In this document: positions 36,091-46,664 of the stretch, one piece after another
How the letters are laid out: each line of letters starts with the position of its first letter
Position numbering within the stretch: position 1 is the stretch's first letter
DNA from: Lentimicrobiaceae bacterium
GTDB lineage: Bacteria; Bacteroidota; Bacteroidia; Bacteroidales; JALOCA01
DNA length: 64,000 nucleotides
Direction of reading: 5' to 3'
Assembly (NCBI GenBank): GCA_023227965.1
Contig: JALOCA010000016.1
Location: forward strand, 511 to 64,510
Notes under the pieces: model-generated
The model's database searches: none
What the model was told of the DNA's origin: nothing
The model's input: the letters and a program-made list of their open reading frames with translations, nothing else
Position numbers and translations under genes: made by a program

Positions 36091-36389
36091 ATCTCGTAAT
36101 CCGCTATTATCCTCTTGTCGCGGATTTTACCAAGTTCTTTCACCACCCTCAGGTGCTCCGGGTGTACCTGGTAGGCATCCAAGGCATCACGATTTTCAAA
36201 TTCGGAATACAGGGCGACGTCGAAAGCCGCATCCGAAACATTGAAATTAAGCCCCACTTCGTAATGGATCATGCCAGGCACTATTCCTTTTATACCTTCC
36301 AGCAGGTTCTTCATCACAACGGCATTTTCTGCCTTGGTTCTTCCTTCCGCATTTCCTTTCAGCGTCCAGCAAACAATGTGTTTTATCAT
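36087..36389 (-). CDS. Dabb (stress-responsive alpha/beta barrel) family protein
   Basis: 100 aa. [10 protein letters not shown]... and ...[14 protein letters not shown] are typical of Dabb domains. Its stop codon overlaps the sucB stop (CTAA). Confidence 0.75.
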   Translation of the reverse strand: MIKHIVCWTLKGNAEGRTKAENAVVMKNLLEGIKGIVPGMIHYEVGLNFNVSDAAFDVALYSEFENRDALDAYQVHPEHLRVVKELGKIRDKRIIADYEI

Positions 36390-36684
36390 AGTAGAAAAGT
36401 TTTTAAAGTTTGCAAATCTTATAAATTTTTATGGAGAATTTGACAGAAATTAAGCCTTCATTCAGTACCAATGATTAATAAATAGGAAACATCTTCCCAC
36501 TACTCAGGAATTGCTTTCCACTTGCCAGGAACTGTTTTTTTTTGTTCGAAAGCATTGCGTAACCTTCATTTTGTTTTCCTGCCATTATGAATCAAATTTC
36601 TTTATCCGCGAAACTTTATACTTTGTCTGTCAAAATCTGAAACCGGATACTAAATAGTCTCCTTTACGGGCGACAGAAAAATAT

Positions 36685-36692
36685 TATCTTTG
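36685..36692 (+). promoter_or_regulatory. -7 promoter box TATCTTTG for the UvrD-like helicase
   Basis: Matches TAnnTTTG, 16 nt upstream of ATG 36709. Confidence 0.5.
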
Positions 36693-36708
36693 CCCGTCAA
36701 ATTTCAGC

Positions 36709-39024
36709 ATGAGCGATATTCTTTCTCATCTTAACGAATCACAACGTAAAGCAGTGGAACATACTAACGGACCTGTAATGGTAATTGCAGGAGCCGGTTC
36801 GGGGAAAACCCGCGTGCTTACCTATCGTGTTGCCATGTTACTCGAAAAGGGAGTTGACCCTTTTAATATTCTTGCACTGACGTTTACCAACAAGGCTGCC
36901 CGCGAAATGAAGGAGCGTATTCTTACCATAGCGGGAAATAGCGAAGCCCGCAATGTATGGATGGGAACTTTTCATTCCATCTTTGCAAGGATACTGCGAA
37001 TAGACGGACACCTGCTCGGATATCCTTCCCACTTTACCATTTACGATACCGACGACAGCAAGAGCCTGCTGAAAGCCATAGTGAGAGAACTTAACCTCGA
37101 CCCCAAAGTGTACCAGGCATCTTCTCTTTTAAGCCGTATTTCAGCCTGCAAATCTAACCTGATTTCAGCCGGAGATTATAACCGTAACGAGGAACTCACA
37201 GAGTACGACCGTACTTCGGGGAGACCTTTTACAGGAACCATCTTTACAAAATATGCCGATCGGTGTTTTAAGGCTTCGGCTATGGACTTCGATGACCTGC
37301 TGTATTTTACCAATATACTGCTACGCGATTTCCCGGAAATATTGTTCAAATACCAGCAAAAATTCAAATATATTCTGGTTGACGAGTACCAGGATACTAA
37401 CTTTGCCCAATATCTGATTGTTAAACAACTGGCGGCAAAACACGAAAACATCTGCGTTGTAGGCGACGATGCACAAAGCATTTACGGTTTCAGGGGCGCC
37501 AATATCCAAAATATACTCAATTTTCAAAAAGACTATCCGGAAGCAGTTGCTTATAAACTGGAGCAAAACTACCGCTCAACCAAGGTGATAGTGAATGCTG
37601 CCAACAGTATTATTGCCAATAATAAAACCCAGTTACAAAAAACCATATGGACCGATAACGACGAAGGAACTCTTATTACTTTATTACGGGCATCGAGCGA
37701 TAATGAGGAGGGAACTCTCGTGGCGCAATCTGTTTTTGAAAATAAAATGAATTTGCAACTGTCCAACAGCCAGTTTGCCATATTGTACCGTACCAACGCC
37801 CAAAGCAGAGCTATTGAAGAAGCCTTTCGCAAAATGAATATTCCCTACCGCATCTACGGGGGACTATCGTTTTATAAAAGAAAAGAAATCAAAGACCTGT
37901 TAGCTTATTTCCGGCTTGTAATCAATCCTAACGACGAAGAGGCACTTAACCGTATCATTAATTATCCGGCAAGAGGAATTGGAAAAACCACCATGGAAAA
38001 AATTGTGGTACTTTCCGGTGAGAAGGGGAAAAACCCATGGCAAATCGTAGAAAATCAGCAATGCCTTGAACCTGTGCTGAATTTGGGGACATTGCACAAA
38101 ATTAGCGACTTCGTTACCATGATAAACAGCTTCAGGATGCAATTGCTCAATAAAAATGCCTATGAACTGGCAAGGCACATTGCCCTGTCGAGCGGGCTGA
38201 TGAAAGAATTGCAGGAAGATGCCACTCCGGAAGGAATCAACCGCACAGAAAATATTGAAGAACTGTTAAATGCCATAAAAGATTTTTCAGAAAAAGAATC
38301 GGAAACCGTATTCGAAAACCCGGAAGCACCACCGCCCTCCATTCGTACCCTCGATGAATTTATGAGCGAAATAGCTTTGCTTACTGATGCCGATGAAGAA
38401 GATGACGACGATACCGAAAAAGTTTCGCTGATGACGATCCACCAGAGCAAAGGACTTGAGTTTCCCTATGTTTACATCGTGGGACTCGAAGAAAACCTGT
38501 TTCCTTCGCTGCAATCGCTGAGCAGCCGCGCCGACCTGGAGGAAGAACGCCGCCTTTTTTATGTTGCACTTACCCGTGCCGAACGCAAAGTTACTCTGGC
38601 TTATGCCGAAAGCCGTTACCGTTGGGGAAATCTAACCCTTTGCGAGCCCAGCCGTTTTATCGAAGAAATTGATCCCCGATACCTCGACCTGCCGAAAAAA
38701 ATTTCTACTCCGAAAAATCTTTTTTACGACGACGATTTTGTAAAACCCGGCTCAGCACTTTCCGGTTTCAAACCTAAAAATTTTACCAAGGTGTCGGAGA
38801 TTTCCAATAAATCTCCCAAAGCAGCAATTTCAACCACAGAAGCCTCTGATCCTGCTCTTATTCAGCCGGGTATGGAGGTACTGCACCAATCCTTCGGGCA
38901 AGGAAAGGTTATCAATGTAGAAGGTAGCGAAGGCAATCGCAAAGCTACCGTTTTCTTCCCGGGAGTAGGACAAAAGCAATTACTTCTTAAATTTGCCAGG
39001 CTTAAAATTGTAAATTCGGCATAA
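36709..39024 (+). CDS. uvrD: ATP-dependent DNA helicase, UvrD/PcrA family
   Basis: 771 aa. LNESQRKAVEH..GPVMVIAGAGSGKTRVLTYR, DEYQDTN, TIHQSKGLEF, YVALTRA. Confidence 0.92.
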   Translation: MSDILSHLNESQRKAVEHTNGPVMVIAGAGSGKTRVLTYRVAMLLEKGVDPFNILALTFTNKAAREMKERILTIAGNSEARNVWMGTFHSIFARILRIDGHLLGYPSHFTIYDTDDSKSLLKAIVRELNLDPKVYQASSLLSRISACKSNLISAGDYNRNEELTEYDRTSGRPFTGTIFTKYADRCFKASAMDFDDLLYFTNILLRDFPEILFKYQQKFKYILVDEYQDTNFAQYLIVKQLAAKHENICVVGDDAQSIYGFRGANIQNILNFQKDYPEAVAYKLEQNYRSTKVIVNAANSIIANNKTQLQKTIWTDNDEGTLITLLRASSDNEEGTLVAQSVFENKMNLQLSNSQFAILYRTNAQSRAIEEAFRKMNIPYRIYGGLSFYKRKEIKDLLAYFRLVINPNDEEALNRIINYPARGIGKTTMEKIVVLSGEKGKNPWQIVENQQCLEPVLNLGTLHKISDFVTMINSFRMQLLNKNAYELARHIALSSGLMKELQEDATPEGINRTENIEELLNAIKDFSEKESETVFENPEAPPPSIRTLDEFMSEIALLTDADEEDDDDTEKVSLMTIHQSKGLEFPYVYIVGLEENLFPSLQSLSSRADLEEERRLFYVALTRAERKVTLAYAESRYRWGNLTLCEPSRFIEEIDPRYLDLPKKISTPKNLFYDDDFVKPGSALSGFKPKNFTKVSEISNKSPKAAISTTEASDPALIQPGMEVLHQSFGQGKVINVEGSEGNRKATVFFPGVGQKQLLLKFARLKIVNSA

Positions 39025-39086
39025 CACGGGATGAAATTTTCAATGTTTTTATCTGCCAATATGATAAGACGTTGAATTTCTTTTTG

Positions 39087-39094
39087 TACTTTTG
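39087..39094 (+). promoter_or_regulatory. -7 promoter box TACTTTTG upstream of the DUF4290-murA pair
   Basis: Matches TAnnTTTG, 116 nt upstream of ATG 39211, which implies a longer leader than elsewhere in the window. Confidence 0.35.
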
Positions 39095-39210
39095 CAAAAT
39101 ACTTCGTTCAACGACACAATTATCTTTATATATCTGTTGGCAAATTATTGGATCAGCCCGATAATATTTCGGGGAAGTTTATTCAGACAAAAAAATTTTA
39201 AATTTTACGC

Positions 39211-39864
39211 ATGGAATATAATAATGGACTTACCAAATTGATTATACCTGAATACGGAAGATGTATTCAGGGCATGGTGGAATACATAGTGGAAGTAGCC
39301 GATCGCGAAAAACGCAACCGGATGGCAAAAACCATTGTAAACCTGATGGCACAAATGCATCCCGAAACCCGTGAAGTGGGTGATGTAAAACGTAAATTGT
39401 GGGACCACCTGTTTATCATGTCCGATTTTAAATTGGATGTAGATGCACCCTATCCCAAACCCGAGCCCCAGGAATTGTATTCAAAACCCCCAAAACTTCC
39501 CTATCCCGAAAATCATATCACCTTCAAGCATTACGGGAAAAATACGGAACATTTCATAGAAAAAGCTTTACTGATGGAAGACGGTGCGGAAAAAGATGCT
39601 TTTGTAAAAGCAATAGCCAACCATATGAAAAAGAGTTATCTTACGTGGAACCGAGAATCCGTAAATGATGAAGTGATTTACGAACACCTTAGCCTGCTTT
39701 CACAAGGCAGACTCAAACTGAGTGAGGATGCCCGTCTGACAAATTCTATTGATTTACTTCCGCCCAAAGTGAAAAAAATTAAATTCCAGGATAAAGTTAA
39801 CCAGAAACATGCGAAAAATTATCGCAACAACTGGAAAAGAAAAAATGGAGAGTACAATAAATAA
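39211..39864 (+). CDS. Conserved hypothetical protein (recalled as DUF4290, commonly upstream of murA in Bacteroidota)
   Basis: 217 aa with a basic C-terminal tail, followed 25 nt later by murA. The family assignment is from memory and not searched. Confidence 0.55.
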   Translation: MEYNNGLTKLIIPEYGRCIQGMVEYIVEVADREKRNRMAKTIVNLMAQMHPETREVGDVKRKLWDHLFIMSDFKLDVDAPYPKPEPQELYSKPPKLPYPENHITFKHYGKNTEHFIEKALLMEDGAEKDAFVKAIANHMKKSYLTWNRESVNDEVIYEHLSLLSQGRLKLSEDARLTNSIDLLPPKVKKIKFQDKVNQKHAKNYRNNWKRKNGEYNK

Positions 39865-39889
39865 TTGATAATAAATTTATTATTTTTTT

Positions 39890-41194
39890 ATGCTTTCATT
39901 CAGGATTAATGGTGGGCATCGTCTGCATGGGGAAATTCTTCCCCAGGGAGCCAAAAACGAAGCCCTACAGGTGCTGTGTGCAGTATTGCTTACGCCGGAA
40001 GAAGTAAATATTTCCAATGTCCCAGATATCAGGGATGTAAACGTACTCATCGAATTGCTTTCCGAAATGGGGGTGGCAGTGATGAAAAAAGCCCCCGGTA
40101 CCTGGTCGTTTTGTGCCCGCAGCATTGATTTTGCTTACCTGCAGTCGCCTGAATTCCAGAAAAAAGCTTCTTCACTCAGAGGCTCCATCATGATAATTGG
40201 ACCCCTGCTTGCCCGTTTTGGAAAAGGTTTTATTCCCCAACCAGGTGGTGATAAAATTGGGCGCCGCAGACTCGACACCCATTTTACCGGTTTGCGGCAG
40301 TTGGGTGCTATTTTTACTCATGATGCACAAAACGGATGTTATAATGTACACGCCGACAAGCTTACGGGATGTTACATTTTGCTCGACGAAGCTTCCGTTA
40401 CCGGAACAGCCAATGTGCTCATGGCAGCCGTACTCGCACAGGGTACAACCACAATTTTTAATGCCGCCTGTGAACCCTATGTGGTACAATTGTGTAATAT
40501 GCTTATTCGTATGGGCGCAAATATCGGCGGAGTGGGATCCAACCTACTTACCGTGCAAGGGGCTAACAGTCTGAAAGGCTGTGAACATCGTTTACTGCCC
40601 GATATGATTGAAATCGGAAGTTTTATCGGCCTTGCGGCTATGACCGCTTCCGAAATAACCATCAAAAACAGCAACTATGCTTCTTTGGGCATTATTCCCG
40701 ATGTATTCAGACGTTTAGGCATTTCTCTTGAAAAAAGAAACGACGATATTTTTATTCCTGCCCAAGAACATTATGAAGTAGAATCATTTATGGATGGTTC
40801 CATCATGACCATAGCCGATGCCCCATGGCCCGGTTTTACACCCGACCTTATTAGTATAGCCCTTGTTGTGGCTACCCAGGCTAAAGGAAGTGTGCTGATT
40901 CATCAGAAAATGTTTGAGAGCCGTTTGTTTTTTGTTGACAAACTGCTTGATATGGGAGCCCAGATAATTTTATGCGATCCCCATCGTGCCACGGTAATCG
41001 GTCTTAACCGTCAGCACCAACTCAGGGGAATCCGCATGAGTTCGCCCGATATCAGGGCTGGTGTAGCCTTACTAATTGCCGCCTTTTCTGCCCAGGGTAC
41101 AAGCATTATTGATAATATTGAACAAATTGACCGCGGTTATCAGGACATTGACGGTCGCCTTCGCAAATTAGGCGCCGACATTCAACGAATTTGA
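39890..41194 (+). CDS. murA: UDP-N-acetylglucosamine 1-carboxyvinyltransferase
   Basis: 434 aa. FRINGGHRLHGEI..QGAKNEALQVLCA, and an active-site loop GGDKIGRRRLDTH in which Asp replaces the fosfomycin-target Cys. Confidence 0.93.
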   Translation: MLSFRINGGHRLHGEILPQGAKNEALQVLCAVLLTPEEVNISNVPDIRDVNVLIELLSEMGVAVMKKAPGTWSFCARSIDFAYLQSPEFQKKASSLRGSIMIIGPLLARFGKGFIPQPGGDKIGRRRLDTHFTGLRQLGAIFTHDAQNGCYNVHADKLTGCYILLDEASVTGTANVLMAAVLAQGTTTIFNAACEPYVVQLCNMLIRMGANIGGVGSNLLTVQGANSLKGCEHRLLPDMIEIGSFIGLAAMTASEITIKNSNYASLGIIPDVFRRLGISLEKRNDDIFIPAQEHYEVESFMDGSIMTIADAPWPGFTPDLISIALVVATQAKGSVLIHQKMFESRLFFVDKLLDMGAQIILCDPHRATVIGLNRQHQLRGIRMSSPDIRAGVALLIAAFSAQGTSIIDNIEQIDRGYQDIDGRLRKLGADIQRI

Positions 41195-41358
41195 CCGTTT
41201 TGCTGACAATTTGTCGTTTGTTTCTCAATGGCAAAGCTTTTGATACATACAAACGGCAGCCCTAAAACTGCCGTGGTATGTGTATTAATATCCTGTAAAA
41301 AGGCATTTAATCACCAAGAAACACACTATCTGCTTATTAACAATAAATTGAATTACCA

Positions 41359-41925
41359 ATGATCGGAAAGAAAAAAAATAAAACAGAAAACGAGCCAACT
41401 CCTGAAAATACCGATAATGTGCAAAAAACACAAGAAACTGCAGAAAAACACAATGACGGGGAAACGATGGAAGAATGCAATGCCGACCAGTTACAATTGC
41501 AATTGGATGAATTGAATGACAAATATCTCCGTTTGTACTCAGAATTTGATAATTATCGCAAACGCACACTGAAAGAACGCATTGAAATGAGTAAAAATGC
41601 TTCAGAAGAAATAATTGTTACGCTGTTACCTGTTATTGACGATATGGAACGTGCCATTAAATCTTATGGCGATTCTGAAGAATTAAAACCGATGAAAGAA
41701 GGAAATGTATTGATTTATAATAAATTACTTTATATATTACAGCAGAAAGGCTTGGAAGTTATGCAAACTGTAGGCAACGATTTTGATACCGACTTTCATG
41801 AAGCAGTTACCCATATCCAGGCACCGGATGATTCTCTGAAAGATAAAATAGTAGATGAAATTCAAAAAGGATATTTGCTTAACGGAAAAGTAATCCGCTT
41901 TGCAAAAGTAATCATCGGAAATTAA
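41359..41925 (+). CDS. grpE: Nucleotide exchange factor GrpE
   Basis: 188 aa. Acidic N-terminus, coiled coil (YLRLYSEFDNYRKRT) and a C-terminal beta domain. Confidence 0.9.
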   Translation: MIGKKKNKTENEPTPENTDNVQKTQETAEKHNDGETMEECNADQLQLQLDELNDKYLRLYSEFDNYRKRTLKERIEMSKNASEEIIVTLLPVIDDMERAIKSYGDSEELKPMKEGNVLIYNKLLYILQQKGLEVMQTVGNDFDTDFHEAVTHIQAPDDSLKDKIVDEIQKGYLLNGKVIRFAKVIIGN

Positions 41926-41954
41926 CAGTTTTTTTACATTCAATCAGTTACAAA

Positions 41955-43118
41955 GTGGCAAAAAGAGATTTTTACGAAATATTGGGCATAAACCGCAATG
42001 CAAACGAAGCCGAAATTAAAAAGGCATACCGTCAGAAAGCATTGCAATACCACCCCGATAAAAACCCCAATAACAAAGAAGCGGAAGATAAATTCAAAGA
42101 AGCAGCCGAAGCTTACGAAGTGCTGAGCAACCCCGAAAAGAAAAGCCGGTATGATCAGTTTGGACACGATGGCGTTCGTGGCATGGGAAACCAGGGTTTC
42201 GGTGGCGGAATGAGCATGGATGATATTTTCAGCCAGTTTGGCGACATTTTTGGAAACGCTTTTGGCGGAGCTTTCAGTGGATTCGGCAGCGGTTTTGGCG
42301 GAGGTGGTGAGCGCCGCCGCAGGGTAAGCAAAGGCACAAACCTCAGGGTGAAAGTAAGCCTCACGCTCGAAGAAATTGCCAAGGGGACTGAAAAAAAAAT
42401 TAAAGTGAATAAACTAATTGCCTGCCAAGTCTGTGGCGGCTCGGGTGCTAAAGGCGGTTCATCTTTTTCAACCTGTACAACCTGCCATGGAACCGGGCAG
42501 GTAACCCGCGTAACCAATACTTTTATCGGACAAATGAGCACTACCGGCATCTGCCCGCATTGTAACGGCGAAGGACGCCTGATAACTGATAAATGCCTTT
42601 CGTGCGGAGGAAACGGGGTGGTGAAAGGAGAAGAAATCATCAGCATCAATATCCCCGCCGGAGTTTCTGAAGGGATACAACTCAGTGTTAGCGGAAAGGG
42701 AAATGCCGCTCCACGTGGAGGAATCCCCGGTGATTTGATAGTATTAATTGAGGAAACCCGGCACAACGAACTGGAACGCGACGGAAACAACCTGATTTAC
42801 GAACATTTTATCAGCTTCCCCGAAGCAGCACTGGGTACAACGATAGATGTGCCAACCATCGAAGGGAAAGCCCGTATAAAAATCGATCCCGGAACCCAAC
42901 CGGGAAAAGTTTTACGGCTGAAAGGGAAAGGATTACCCTCCGTCAACACGTATGGAAGAGGAGATTTGCTGGTCAATATCAGCGTGTGGACGCCACAAAA
43001 TCTTACCAAAGAGGAAAAAAACCTTCTTGAACGATTGCAAACAGCCGAAAATTTCCAACCCCATCCCACCAGCCGCGATCGTAATTTTTTCGACAGAATG
43101 AAAGAAATGTTCCGGTAG
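41955..43118 (+). CDS. dnaJ: Molecular chaperone DnaJ
   Basis: 387 aa with a GTG start. J domain with HPD (KRDFYEILG...YHPDKNP), a G/F region and four CxxCxGxG zinc-finger repeats. Confidence 0.95.
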   Translation: MAKRDFYEILGINRNANEAEIKKAYRQKALQYHPDKNPNNKEAEDKFKEAAEAYEVLSNPEKKSRYDQFGHDGVRGMGNQGFGGGMSMDDIFSQFGDIFGNAFGGAFSGFGSGFGGGGERRRRVSKGTNLRVKVSLTLEEIAKGTEKKIKVNKLIACQVCGGSGAKGGSSFSTCTTCHGTGQVTRVTNTFIGQMSTTGICPHCNGEGRLITDKCLSCGGNGVVKGEEIISINIPAGVSEGIQLSVSGKGNAAPRGGIPGDLIVLIEETRHNELERDGNNLIYEHFISFPEAALGTTIDVPTIEGKARIKIDPGTQPGKVLRLKGKGLPSVNTYGRGDLLVNISVWTPQNLTKEEKNLLERLQTAENFQPHPTSRDRNFFDRMKEMFR

Positions 43119-43190
43119 AATCCGAATTTGTTAATTTTTAATAAATATCTCTTCCCGGTTTGAAATATTGATAATTTTACCTCAAAAAAC

Positions 43191-44126
43191 ATGAATCAGG
43201 ATATATTGCACATTCGGCAGGTGAGCAAAAAATATGTAAATCACTTGGCTCTGAATAATGTAAGCATTTCGGTTCCGGAAAATAGCATTTTTGGGTTGTT
43301 AGGACCCAACGGTGCAGGCAAAACCACCCTTATCCGGATCATCAACCAAATTACAGGACCCGATACCGGAGAAATTATCTTTCAAAACGAAAAACTGCAG
43401 CCCATACACCTTGCAAAAATAGGATACCTCCCCGAAGAACGTGGATTGTACAAAAAAATGAAGGTTGGCGAACAAGCTTTATATCTTTCGCAATTAAAGG
43501 GACTTAGCCGCCAGGATGCCCTGAAATCGCTGAAATATTGGTTCGAAAAATTTGAACTCAAGGAATGGTGGAACCACAAGGTGGAAGAACTTTCGAAAGG
43601 CATGCAACAAAAAGTGCAGTTCATCATAACGGTAATTCACAAACCCCAGCTTTTGATTTTTGACGAACCCTTCAGTGGTTTCGACCCAATTAATGTGAAC
43701 TTATTGAAAGAAGAAATCCTTTCGTTGCAAAAACAGGGTGCTACCATCATTTTTTCTACCCATAATATGGCTTCGGTTGAAGAGCTTTGCGACCACATCG
43801 CACTTATCAACAAATCGGAAAAAATATTGGATGGCAGAGTAAAAGAAATTAAAAACACCTATAAATCAAATACTTTTGGAATAGAGTTCACCAACGCCCG
43901 TCTGCCTTTAGTTTCCATCTTACAGCCCGGATACGACATTATCAACTACCATGCCGACGACGAATTACACAAAGCCGACATTAAAATTCCGGCAGGTATT
44001 TCTCCCAACAAGTTGCTTGAGGTACTGATACCACACGTCGAGTTGCATGCATTTAACGAAGTACTTCCCACCATGAACGATATTTTTATCCGTACCGTAA
44101 CCCATGCGGCCGCTTCTTTGTCGTAA
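43191..44126 (+). CDS. ABC transporter ATP-binding protein (ABC-2/NatA-like)
   Basis: 311 aa. Walker A GPNGAGKTT, signature LSKGMQQK, Walker B LLIFDEP. Confidence 0.9.
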   Translation: MNQDILHIRQVSKKYVNHLALNNVSISVPENSIFGLLGPNGAGKTTLIRIINQITGPDTGEIIFQNEKLQPIHLAKIGYLPEERGLYKKMKVGEQALYLSQLKGLSRQDALKSLKYWFEKFELKEWWNHKVEELSKGMQQKVQFIITVIHKPQLLIFDEPFSGFDPINVNLLKEEILSLQKQGATIIFSTHNMASVEELCDHIALINKSEKILDGRVKEIKNTYKSNTFGIEFTNARLPLVSILQPGYDIINYHADDELHKADIKIPAGISPNKLLEVLIPHVELHAFNEVLPTMNDIFIRTVTHAAASLS

Positions 44127-44145
44127 ACCCTCAAACCCTTTCGTT

Positions 44146-45477
44146 ATGAATAAAATTATACTCATCATACAACGCGAATACCTTACCAGGGTTAAAAAAA
44201 GATCATTTATCGTGATGACGATTCTGGGACCCCTACTGATGGCTTCTTTGATGATAGTTCCCATTTACTTGGCTACGGTATCCGACAAAACCCATGTTAT
44301 ACAGGTGGTTGACGAAACAGGAATTTTCTTTAATAAGTTTCGCGATGCAGATAAAATTAAATTCAAATATGTTTTGCAGGATATAAACGTTGCTAAAGAA
44401 GCCCTGCAGTCATCGGGCGATTATGCCGTTTTGTACATTCCGAAAACTGAAATAGCCATCCCGGAAAACGCAATAATATACTCGGATAAACAACCAAGTC
44501 TCACGATTAAAGAATATATTTCCAATACCATGCAAAAAGAGATCGAAAAAATGAAGATGAAAGCTTCCGGTCTCGACGAAACCATTTTACAATCCATAAA
44601 AGCCAACGTGAAACTTTCCACCATAAAATTAGAAGCCGGAGGTGAAGAAAAAAGAAGTTACACCGAGGTTAGTATGGTACTGGGCATGTTTGCCGGAATC
44701 ATGATTTATTTTTTTATTTTTCTTTTTGGTTCACAGGTAATGCGGGGTGTGATAGAGGAAAAAACAAGCCGTATTGTAGAGGTTATCATTTCATCGGTAA
44801 AACCATTTCAGTTAATGATGGGGAAAATTATAGGGGTCGCATTGGTAGGTCTTACCCAGTTTTTGCTATGGGTGGTACTTACATTTGCAATTGTTACTGT
44901 TTTTAAGACCAGTTTTCCTGATAAATTTTCGTTACAAAATAGCGAACAAAAAATGATAAGTAGTTCTCAGCTTGTACCAGCTACTGACAGTACCACCCCA
45001 AAAGCTGATGAGATGCCGGAAACGCAAAAAATAATGGAAGCCATTGCTTCGGTGGATTTTGGGGTAATGATAGCCGCTTTCATTTTCTATTTTCTTTTCG
45101 GATACCTTTTGTATGCCGCTTTGTTTGCCGCTATTGGTTCGGCGGTGGATAACGAAGCCGACACCCAGCAGTTTATGCTTCCAGTAACCATTCCGCTTAT
45201 TTTTGCGATAGTAATGGCGCAATATGTTATCAACAACCCCGACGGACCACTTTCCTTCTGGCTATCCATTATACCACTTACTTCACCGATAATTATGATC
45301 ATCCGTATTCCTTTCGGTGTTCCATTTACCGACCTGGCTTTGTCGGTTGTTCTGCTTATTCTGGGTTTTTTTGCCTGCACCTGGCTTGCCGGGAAAATCT
45401 ACCGGACAGGAATACTTATGTATGGTAAAAAAGTGGATTATAAAGAATTATGGAAATGGATCAGCTATAAAGGCTGA
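44146..45477 (+). CDS. ABC-2 type transporter permease (NatB-like)
   Basis: Start taken at MNKIILIIQREYLTRVKKRSF. One N-terminal TM helix, a large extracytoplasmic loop and a C-terminal bundle of TM helices. Confidence 0.8.
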   Translation: MNKIILIIQREYLTRVKKRSFIVMTILGPLLMASLMIVPIYLATVSDKTHVIQVVDETGIFFNKFRDADKIKFKYVLQDINVAKEALQSSGDYAVLYIPKTEIAIPENAIIYSDKQPSLTIKEYISNTMQKEIEKMKMKASGLDETILQSIKANVKLSTIKLEAGGEEKRSYTEVSMVLGMFAGIMIYFFIFLFGSQVMRGVIEEKTSRIVEVIISSVKPFQLMMGKIIGVALVGLTQFLLWVVLTFAIVTVFKTSFPDKFSLQNSEQKMISSSQLVPATDSTTPKADEMPETQKIMEAIASVDFGVMIAAFIFYFLFGYLLYAALFAAIGSAVDNEADTQQFMLPVTIPLIFAIVMAQYVINNPDGPLSFWLSIIPLTSPIIMIIRIPFGVPFTDLALSVVLLILGFFACTWLAGKIYRTGILMYGKKVDYKELWKWISYKG

Positions 45478-45497
45478 GGTAATAAAACCAACAAGCT

Positions 45498-46664
45498 ATG
45501 CCCCGGATTTTAATCATTGATGACGAAAAAAGCATACGAACTACCCTTCGCGAAATTCTTGAATACGAAAAATACACTGTGGAGGATGCCCCGGACGGAC
45601 TTACAGCCATCGAAATGGTGAAAAATATCGCTTACGATGTGATTCTTTGCGACATAAAAATGCCCCAGATGGACGGCATCGAAGTATTGGAAGCCATTCA
45701 GAAAATTTCCGACAGCCCCGTAATCATGATTTCAGGACATGGAACCATTGATACCGCTGTAGAAGCCATAAAAAAGGGTGCGTACGATTATATTTCAAAA
45801 CCTCCTGACCTTAACAGGCTGCTGGTGAGCCTTCGCAATGCTCTTGACAAAAGAAACCTGATTACCGAAACAAAAATTCTTCGGAAGAAAGTGGGTAAAT
45901 CCTACGAAATGATTGGAAACGCTCCAGCGATTCAAAAAGTGAAGGAAATGATTGAAAGGGTGGCTCCAACCAATGCAAGGGTGTTGATTACTGGTGATAA
46001 CGGCACAGGAAAAGAGTTGGTTGCACGCTGGCTTCACGAACTTAGCAACCGGGCAGAACAACCATTTGTAGAGGTAAATTGCGCTGCAATTCCTTCCGAA
46101 CTTATCGAAAGTGAATTGTTTGGACACGAAAAAGGTTCCTTCACCTCGGCGATAAAACAACGCAAAGGTGATTTTGAACAAGCCGACGGGGGAACTTTAT
46201 TCCTCGATGAAATAGGTGACATGAGTCTTTCGGCACAGGCTAAGGTACTGCGTGCCCTTCAGGAAAATAAAATCATGCGTGTGGGAGGCGAAAAAGACAT
46301 ACCGGTAAATGTAAGGGTGATTGCCGCTACCAACAAGGACCTAAAAACTGAAATTGAGAATAAGAATTTCCGCGAAGACCTTTATCATCGTTTGAGTGTT
46401 ATCATTATTCATGTTCCCTCTCTCAATGAAAGAAAAGACGATATTCCTTTGCTTGCACAACATTTTATGCAGGAATACTGTCAGTTACAGGGAAAAGCTC
46501 TGTTAAATTTTATGCCCGAAGCCTTTACGCTACTGCAAAATATCTGGTGGACAGGTAATATCCGCGAACTCCGCAATGTAGTGGAACGGCTTGCTATTCT
46601 TTGCGATAACGATATTACGACGGACGATATCAGACAGTATGTAATGCCGCTTAATACAAAATAA
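45498..46664 (+). CDS. Sigma-54-dependent response regulator (receiver plus AAA+ domain, no C-terminal HTH)
   Basis: 388 aa. Receiver domain (ILIIDDE...VILCDIKMP), Walker A GDNGTGKE, a GAFTGA-equivalent loop reading GSFTSA, and FLDEIG. The protein ends right after the NIRELRNVVERL helix. Confidence 0.85.
   Translation: MPRILIIDDEKSIRTTLREILEYEKYTVEDAPDGLTAIEMVKNIAYDVILCDIKMPQMDGIEVLEAIQKISDSPVIMISGHGTIDTAVEAIKKGAYDYISKPPDLNRLLVSLRNALDKRNLITETKILRKKVGKSYEMIGNAPAIQKVKEMIERVAPTNARVLITGDNGTGKELVARWLHELSNRAEQPFVEVNCAAIPSELIESELFGHEKGSFTSAIKQRKGDFEQADGGTLFLDEIGDMSLSAQAKVLRALQENKIMRVGGEKDIPVNVRVIAATNKDLKTEIENKNFREDLYHRLSVIIIHVPSLNERKDDIPLLAQHFMQEYCQLQGKALLNFMPEAFTLLQNIWWTGNIRELRNVVERLAILCDNDITTDDIRQYVMPLNTK

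Noticed and set aside
39070-39113. 7-bp inverted repeat CGTTGAA-N30-TTCAACG bracketing the -7 box upstream of the DUF4290-murA pair
   Set aside because: A short stem with a long spacer is expected by chance in AT-rich intergenic DNA. There is no second occurrence in the window.
41195-41358. Heat-shock operator (CIRCE, TTAGCACTC-N9-GAGTGCTAA) upstream of grpE-dnaJ
   Set aside because: I looked for it and found no match. Only a 7-bp hairpin is present (ACGGCAG-N8-CTGCCGT, about 41253..41274), which more likely ends murA transcription.
42155-42790. 211-aa ORF antisense to dnaJ (Pro/Ser-rich)
   Set aside because: It lies exactly opposite the Gly/Phe-rich and Cys/Gly zinc-finger region of dnaJ. 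Reverse-complemented GGN/TGY codons give a stop-free low-complexity frame. No start context, so I read it as a shadow ORF.
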